From positions 4,216,001 to 4,280,000 of the forward strand of contig JAQFVV010000003.1 of assembly GCA_028023455.1 (NCBI GenBank): DNA of 64,000 nt, in the 5' to 3' direction. This DNA comes from Epiperipatus broadwayi (Eukaryota > Animalia > Onychophora). Made by a program: the position numbers and the translations under genes. The notes under the pieces were generated by a model. It had not been told where the DNA came from, did no database searches, and saw only the letters and a list, made by a program, of their open reading frames with translations. How positions within the stretch are numbered: position 1 is the first letter of the stretch; the number at the start of each line of letters is the position of its first letter. Shown here piece after piece: positions 56,391 through 64,000 of the stretch.

Positions 56391-56854
56391 TCATTTAAAC
56401 ATATAATCATATAACAATATACATATAAAAATACATATTTTACATTATTATTCATAATACATATTTTATTCTTTACTCTATAAACTTTACCCCCTCTTCT
56501 AATAATTATTTTTTCATTATTTCTTTACTGTTTCTACTTTCTTTTTATTTTTTCTTCCTATCATTCTCCGTTACTCTGTAATATATTTATCATCTTTTTA
56601 TTTTACTTTTAACACCTATAAATCTAATTCCTTGCCTTCTTTTCTAATCTTTATCTATACTTATTTTTTTTATTAATAATCTTTATTTCTATTCCCATCT
56701 TTACTCCCTTTTATAATTCACTTATTCATTTTACTCATCACTTCACAACCTTTCTCTTCCTTTTAAATTTATAACTGATTTTTTTCAAAATCCTTTCATA
56801 CAATTCCCTCTATTATCAGTTTCTTTAACTATTCTATGTTACAAAACTCTCTAT

Positions 56855-56878
56855 ACACACACACACACACACACACAC
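56855..56878. repeat. (AC)n microsatellite
   Basis: About 12 uninterrupted AC units. Confidence 0.95.
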
Positions 56879-57475
56879 ATTTTCTCTATCATTATTAATA
56901 TTCCTATAAAAATAATGTGCCCCCCCCCCATCTCTATTCAAATTTGGTTTTACCTTCTTAATTAATATAGCTTCTTTTATTTTTCTATCTCTTCTTTTAC
57001 TAGTATATTTGTGTAGATTGAATTTTTCATTTCACCTACTTATTTAGTTCTTTTCTTATTATTCCTACATGATCTACATTCTATCTCATATACCCCATAT
57101 ATATATATTTAACGAAATCATATGAGAAGGGAAAATGCAGAATAGAAACATCAGTGAATAAGAAAATGAATGGGGATAGTAGTATAATGAATTGGAATTC
57201 TAATGTGAATAATAAATATAAGATAAATAGTATTAGTTCAAGAGTATATAGATCTGTTAATTATTATTCAGATAATGAAGACTATAAGAAAGAGGTAGAT
57301 TTAATAATTAAAGAGTTTAAGGAGAATGAATATTCAGAGAAAATAATAGAAAAAAGTGTAAAAATATCAGAAAAAAGATATAAAGGAGAAAATGAAGAAG
57401 AAGAGAAGGGAAAATGTAAGAAAGATAGCATAAAAAAGGATGAATATATAGGTGTTAAAATGTATAGTAATAATA

Positions 57476-58547
57476 CACCTGGGTCTCTTTACGCGGACTT
57501 ATTTAACACGATTTTGAAGTTATGCGATTCAAGTTTCACCGGGAGTCAAACTTCGATAATGCGCTATTACTTTAAATAATAAATTTCGCGCACTTACGTT
57601 ACATTGAAAGTAATAGCACATTATTGGAATTCGACTTTCATCTTAGTAATTTCAATATTTTCACTGCTTTATAATAGTAAGATTTTATGCAATAATGAAA
57701 TTAAAATCATGATTTCCACATTTTATGTATACACACATTAAATTTTACAAGATTATAATGTAAATTTGTTCAAACATTGTGCGTGTTAATTTTGCATTTT
57801 AAATCATATTCTGTTTTTGCTTTTTAAAAAAGAATGTGATCAATTATGAATCATTTAGTGTCCGCAAGTTTATTTTTAAAAGGTGAGTAATAGCAGCGGG
57901 CATAAAATCTGATTTTTAATTGTAATTAACAATTTAAAAATTACTTACGGCGACTTGAAATTAATGTGATGTAAAACGAAATTTGATTTTTAAACGGAAT
58001 TGAAAAAAGAATTTAATTTTTAGTTGTTAGTTTTAATTAAATTTTTCCCAGCAGTGGTGAATAAATGTCTTTTTATTATCATAAGTCTAAGTTCATAAAC
58101 AATTAATAAAATCATCATCTCAAAGATTAATTACTAATTACGTTGTCAACAGAAAACCATTAACACAACGTGAGAGTGAACGTGTTATTCACCAAATAGC
58201 GATAATAATTAAAACATGTATAAAAAAATGTAAATTACTGTACTGTAAATTATGCATAAAAATATATTATTTTGAATAAAAGTAAAAATTATAGTTAAAA
58301 AAAGTTTGTCTTGTATCAATTTTTTTCAAATTTGAAATTTTTTATTAGTCATATTTTATTTCCTTATTTTTTTTTTTTGCGCGAATTTTAAAGTGATTTT
58401 ATGTTGGTGCTTTGCTTTTACGCGAATTTTGAAAAATCACAGACCGCATCCCCCCATTTTCAATGTAAGTTACGTCTATTTTTGCGCGATTTCGTTTGCA
58501 CGTGTTTTCTGAGGAACCTATTTATCGCGTAAAACGAGACCCAGGTG
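57476..58547 (+). mobile_element. Tigger-derived element inserted in the Penelope ORF
   Basis: Both TIRs and TA duplication (57474-57475, 58548-58549). Confidence 0.95.
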
Positions 58548-59538
58548 TATTGTCAAGAGCATTAATAAAATTATTAGAAAAAGTAATAAAAAATATAATA
58601 ATGTAATTAAGTATGAGATAGTACATAAAAAAAGGAGAAATGTAATGGATACATTAGATAATAAGTATATTAAAGAAATAGAAAAACATATAAATGGGAT
58701 ATATGAGATAGAATGTAGATCATGTAGGAATAATAATAAGGTAAGAACTAAATATGTAAGTGAAACGGAAAATTCAATCTACACAAGATTAATTCAGCAT
58801 AGGTATGATAAAACATCCCCAGTTTATATGCATGCTATGGAAACAGGACATGTGTTTGAGAAAGATAGCATAAGAATGATTGGGCATATTAGTAAAAGAA
58901 GAGAGAGAAAAATAAAAAGCTATATTAATTAAGAAGATAAAAGCAAATTTGAATAGAGATTGGGGGTGGGTGAGGTGAAGACATTATTTTTAAAGTAATA
59001 TTAATTATGATAAAGAAAATGTATATAGAGAGAGTTTTGTAAAATGAAGTTTAAATATAGGATAAATAGTTAAAGAAATTGATAATAGAGGGAGTTGTAT
59101 GAAAGGAGTACATGAAAAAGAGTAAGGATTTTTGGGGAAAAAAAAAAATTAAATTTAAAAGGAAGAAGAAGGTTGTGCAAGTGGAGAGTAAAATGAATAA
59201 ATGAATTATAAAAAGAATAAAGATAGGAATAGGAATAAAGATTATTAATAAAAGAATAAGTATAGATAAAGATTAGAAAGGAAGGAAAGGAATTAGATTT
59301 ATAGGTGTTAAAAGTAAAGTAAAAAGATGATAAATATATTAGAGAGTAATGGAGAATGATAGATAGGAAGAAAAAGTAAAAAAAAAAAAGAAACAGTAAA
59401 GAAATAATGAAAAAATAATTATTAGAAAAGAAGAGGGAATAAAGTAGAGTTAAGAATAAAATATGATTATGAATAATAATGTAAAATATATATTTTTATA
59501 TGTATATTAATGGTTATATGATTATTTGTTTAAATGTT

Positions 59539-59580
59539 GTAACTCTGATGAAGATTGCAGGACAGTTGAAACTGTTAGGA
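59539..59580 (+). ncRNA. Decayed PLE-type hammerhead motif
   Basis: CUGAUGA-A-GAUUG-CAGGA-CAGUU-GAAAC-U-GUU|AG. Paralogue of 56346-56390 with C>U changes leaving G.U wobbles in stem II. Confidence 0.45.
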
Positions 59581-62129
59581 AATTAAAAGAATTATATAAA
59601 AAAATTGACATTAAAGTTATATGTGGAGATTGATTATAAGTAATATATATATCTTAACTAGCATATTTATATTTTGCAATATAATAATATAAAATTAGTT
59701 TTTGATGAATAAAGTTCGCTTTGCAGATTAATTTTTTTTGTATAATCATTTTCTTAAAAATAAATCAATTTTATCACCCATTGAAACATAATTGTGTATT
59801 GTGATTTATGTTTCTGTATTTTTACCCTTCAGCTTTTATTAGTTTATGTCTATCAAGATTGGCCATGAATTGGCTATCTAATAAAATCTTAAGCACAGAA
59901 AAAACTTAAGCCATATGAAAAGTTTTTCAAATTCAGTTGAACTCAGATCATGAATGTTGCAAATTAACACTAGGAGTCTATTATTAATTTGTCATATTGT
60001 GTGTGTGTCAGTAACTATTGCTTCAGGAATAGGATCCCTATTATTTGTAATTTCCTCCGTAATTTGTGAACAAGATTTTTTTGAAAAGTAGTATTTAGAT
60101 TTTAAAATAACTAATTCTGGATAATGTAATGTAATAAAAAACATTTTTTGTATTTTGTAATTGATTTTTTTATTTTATTTTCACATTTTAAAAGAGCCAA
60201 TATTATAAACTAAGTTAGTCATTTAGTTAGTGCAAAATTGCTGATTTGGTTGATTAAATTAATGTCTTCCATTATTGCTTCATATATTTGTAAATGTAAT
60301 TGTCACTTTTAAAAACTATTTGACACAAAGAAGTTACAAGTTATATTATTAAAAAGCACATAAAAGTATATGATGTATATTATTTAAAATTGAGTATTGG
60401 AAAATAATATGCAGAATTTGGTTAATGTAAGAGAAACATTTGTAATAGCTATATTAAAATGTTGTAAGGTCATCATTTGCATCAGTATGAGGAATTTTAA
60501 TCTACGTGAATTATTTATTAATTATCTACTGGATAGTATTTTCATTTTGTCTGAAAGATATCAATTACAATATCAACTTTTCATTAATGATTTATAGAGT
60601 TAATATTTAAATCAGATTATTGAGGAGGGCATAGGAGATATTTGTGTTCATGGATTCGTCAAACTAATATTCATCTGTGGACTATGTGAATTTGAGTATT
60701 GTTATTATGGAAAATAACTTATGTTATGTAAAAATTTTTGAACCATGAGATAAATTTAGTCAGACAAAATATTGTAGTAATGATTGAACCAAGAGAATAT
60801 TATAATATAACTGTCTTAATCATGATTATTCTACCCAATATTTCCCAGGAATAGAGGACTGCCTATGTCTAGTTGATAGGAATACTTAAAAGATATAATT
60901 GGGACGTGTATAAGCAAGTTTTTCAATAACTGATATTAGAAATCATTGGCTTTGAATAACAACTACACTATCATAAATGTTCTTCTAGATAATGAAACTC
61001 AGTGCATTATCACTGGAATTTTCAAAAGTCTGTTGATCTATGCAATGATTTTTTCACTATGGTTTTGTGAAGTTTTTTTGGCAACATTTTTTTTTGTAAT
61101 ATCTGTCTGCTTTTTGTCATAAGTCTAGAACTTTAATCTTTACTTAAAGTAATCATTACAATTTGAAACTATCAATCTTGAAATGTTAAACAATTGAGCT
61201 CTCTTGGAAACTGAAGCTTCAGTTAATTGGTTACCATCAATTTCATTAATGTACGGTTTGTAAGGCAGAAAAAAATGTTACTTTGATATGAGCTAAAATC
61301 ATGAAGTCAAAATTGTAATTTTAATATAACAATTATTTTTCTTACTTTAACATTTGCATGTGCACATGTACAACCAGACACACATGAGGAAAGATAGATA
61401 AAATAGCATTAAATAGCCCATTATAGTACAAAACCTTTCAATATGTTCCACAGGGGAACAGTCAGAGAGATTATTAATAGATAATGACTGAAAGGTGAAT
61501 TTTTTTTTTTAGTTTTTTCTATTTTTTAATATTCCAGCTCTTGCAAATTTTCAATTACTTATAAGATTGTGGTAGTGGTAGATGAATGTGATCCTTCATA
61601 TATATATATACAGCACAATACAGTTTTGTTAAATATATATATATTCTAAGTAAGGTGTGTGTAATACATAAGACTATGGAATTAATAAATCTGTAGGCAG
61701 ATCTATAGAATTAGAGAATCAAATGAAATTTTGGCTTCTAACAGTTTTGAAAAATGTTGTATACTGAATTATGTTATGAATTAGTTTTGCTTGTCATATA
61801 TTGATTGATTTTAAATGAAATCAATATTTGATATTTTTTGTTTGAAAGTATACTCAATACTCAACTCAAAGCTATATTTAAAAATTTATAATGAAATTAA
61901 TTTGTACAGTGATGACTAGAGATGTAAAATTTTTCAAATATGTTATTGAAGACTAGTTCAAATATTTGTCAAATCATAATTTGTATATATGTCTTGGTGT
62001 TAAATGCCAAGAGTATCCATATAGTGGAACTTATCTTTTTGTATGAAGTAGAATAGCATTGATATTAAAAAAATCTTATGGAATACATGTGCATGTAAAA
62101 TGTAAAGTAATAAAAGATATGTAAAGTCA

Positions 62130-62910
62130 TAAAATATACATACCAGGAATGACAGAAAATTAAAGAAAATCTGCAGTCAATGCCATACCACACTTCAAGG
62201 AATGCTTACTTTTACTAAGTCTAAACTGGAAATGCTGAAGAACAAAAACTGCATCTATGAAATACCATGTGAATGTGGAAGTAAATACATTGGCGAGACC
62301 TGTCACCCTGTTGAACAGCAATTGAAAGAGCATAAACTAATGGTTAAAAGAGAGAAAAAACAGATATGTCTACCATAGCAGATCATGTATGTACTAATGA
62401 CCATATGTTTAATTGGGAAAATATAAAGATATTGAATAAAGAGGAAAAAATGCATAGAAAAAATTCAAGGAAGCTGCTCATATTATAATGGTAAATAATC
62501 GTATAAGTCAGCCCAGTATGGCAATATACAATATATGGAAGCCTCTAATTAATCTTGCTCTTAGGAAAAAATAAAAAAAAAATTAATTAGTCAAAAACAA
62601 AAAAAAAAATTTGAAGGACTCAGGAGGATTTGAACCAACTCTCATATATAAATATATCAAATTTTTACTATATGTTGCCTTTGACAGAATAGTTCAGTTG
62701 GTAGAGTGTTTGCCTTAAATTCAATATTCAAGAATAGGCCAGCAACACCTGAAGAAGAGTGGAGAATAATACTACTCGAAACATTGTAATTACTAATGTG
62801 TATTGTCCATTTGTGTGTTATTTCAAACAAGTTGTTTGTATTTGGAAAGTTTAAAATTTTCTATACATTCAACATTCATTCATAAATGATAGAAATAGTC
62901 CAACATATCA
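62130..62910 (+). mobile_element. Penelope-like element 3' fragment: linker + GIY-YIG + pLTR
   Basis: With frameshifts reads YIPGMTE.LKKICSQ...KNCIYEIPCECGSKYIGETCHPVEQQLKEHK...DMSTIADHVCTNDHMFNWENIKILNKEE..KFKEAAHII...IWKPLI; stop near 62575. Right boundary approximate. Confidence 0.88.
62743..62790 (+). ncRNA. Hammerhead-like motif in PLE pLTR
   Basis: CUGAAGA-A-GAGUGG..CUACUC-GAAAC-AUU-GUA: core and 6-bp stem II present, stem I not evident. Confidence 0.45.
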
Positions 62911-63241
62911 CATCCTTTTAATATATGTGATCATTTCATTTTATTTGCATTCTTAAATATTAATTTTTCCATTATTTCATGTGAGATAACTTTATGTGAT
63001 TATATTCCAAAAACTTTTTTGTAGTGAAATTCAACGGATATTAATTTATAGTCTTTTTGTCCACTTGTTTACTAATCATTTTAATTGTAAAGAATGAAAG
63101 TATAAAAAGTATCCACATTTAGTTTAGATAAGAAGTTGAATCTTCTTTTTTTTGATTGTATGAAAAAATTGTTTATAACTAGTAGAATATTTGTCTTATT
63201 AATTTCGTATTACATTTATTACATAGCTATTTCATTTAACT

Positions 63242-64000
63242 TTAATCACTTTTAATTTGCTTTTTAAAAGCCTCTATTATTTTTACATAACCTTGTTTTG
63301 TTTTTTTTACACTTTCTAAAGTTTTTCTTCTCCATTTTTTTTTTTTTTTTTGTATATTAATTCTCTTGATTCTAAACCAAAAGTTATTTGCAATCTTTTT
63401 CACCATATCTACCCACTTCTCATAAATGTCATTGCTGTTTCTTGTCATTTTTATTAACCTTTCTATAAGTTTCATTATTTAACTTTTCAGTTATCACAAT
63501 TATTATCTTTTCTAATTCCTCTTTATTTACTAAAACATATTTAACCAAATTTCAATTCTGCTTGTCCTTGTAAGCTTCCTATTTCTAATTCCTCTTTATC
63601 TACTAAAAACCATATTCAACCAAATTTCAATTCTGCTTGTCCTTGTAAATTTCCTATTATATACTTTCTAAAATTCTCTTTTTTTAGTCCATTTTTTTCT
63701 TTCATATATTTTGATAATATTTCATATTCTTTACTCCATGAACTTCCTTAATATGGTCATTTGTATAAATTACAATAAATATTTTGGAATTATTCTTTCT
63801 AAACTCATTTGTATTTCCATACAAATATATTCTTAAATCAAATACCCTCACTTCCAGTAGCTAATGCTATGCCACATTTTTTTTTTTTTAATTACCCAAT
63901 TTCAATCTAACCCATTAAAGTTTTGTATATCTTTTTTCTAAGATATCTTCCTTAACAATAATATTTATACTGTCTTTCTTATCCTTATCACATCTGTTAA
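63242..64000 (-). mobile_element. Decayed Lys-rich retroelement-like coding remnant containing a 73-bp tandem duplication (63511-63658)
   Basis: Strong purine skew on the minus strand and a K/R-rich ORF at 63242-63475. The duplication is directly visible; the family is not identified. Confidence 0.3.

Larger units (their letters stand above)
56275..57105 (-). mobile_element. Inverted copy of the Penelope 3' end (GIY-YIG + pLTR) at the element's 5' side
   Basis: Reverse complement aligns to 58686-59652 with an internal deletion. Retains GVYEIECRSC and KIKEAILIK where the + copy is frameshifted. Confidence 0.9.
57111..59652 (+). mobile_element. 5'-truncated Penelope-like retroelement (RT thumb - linker - GIY-YIG endonuclease - pLTR), split by a Tigger element
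   Basis: ORF 57154 region reads IETSVNKK...NWNSN..KINSISSRVYRS. ORF 58645 reads GIYEIECRSC..YVSET..IYTRLIQH..SPVYMHAMETGHVF (GIY-YIG). Removing 57476-58547 plus one TA fuses the two ORFs in frame (...YSNNIVKSINK...). Confidence 0.9.

Noticed and set aside
62683-62730. tRNA gene
   Set aside because: Only a decayed 5' half; there is no T-arm or acceptor partner downstream on the same strand.
51158-64000. Next FAM120A exon (expected to start GEIK...)
   Set aside because: No AG followed by a GEI-type frame was found; the exon probably lies beyond the window.
1-64000. CRISPR array or prokaryotic operon
   Set aside because: No regularly spaced repeat-spacer array and very low coding density; spliceosomal exons indicate a eukaryote.

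Overview
Very AT-rich, CpG-poor eukaryotic DNA, probably from an invertebrate or arthropod (inference). The window is almost entirely intronic sequence of a + strand FAM120A-like gene. One exon is recognisable by homology (51002-51157), one probable upstream exon is frame-compatible with it (35021-35148), and the introns are huge. They are filled with transposon debris: seven Tigger/pogo-derived non-autonomous elements with TA target duplications, a young RTE-clade LINE, a decayed LTR element with nested insertions, and several Penelope-like elements (PLEs) with GIY-YIG remnants. The most striking signal is six hammerhead-ribozyme (HHR) motifs. Two lie in a ~650-bp near-perfect fold-back palindrome (39134-39781) with one HHR on each strand; the four differences between their cores all preserve the fold, including a compensatory base pair. 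A third sits in a 216-bp internally deleted relative inserted with a 13-bp target duplication into one LTR. No CRISPR array, rRNA or complete tRNA was seen. Most short ORFs in the track are spurious or TE fragments. All alignments and folds were done by eye.
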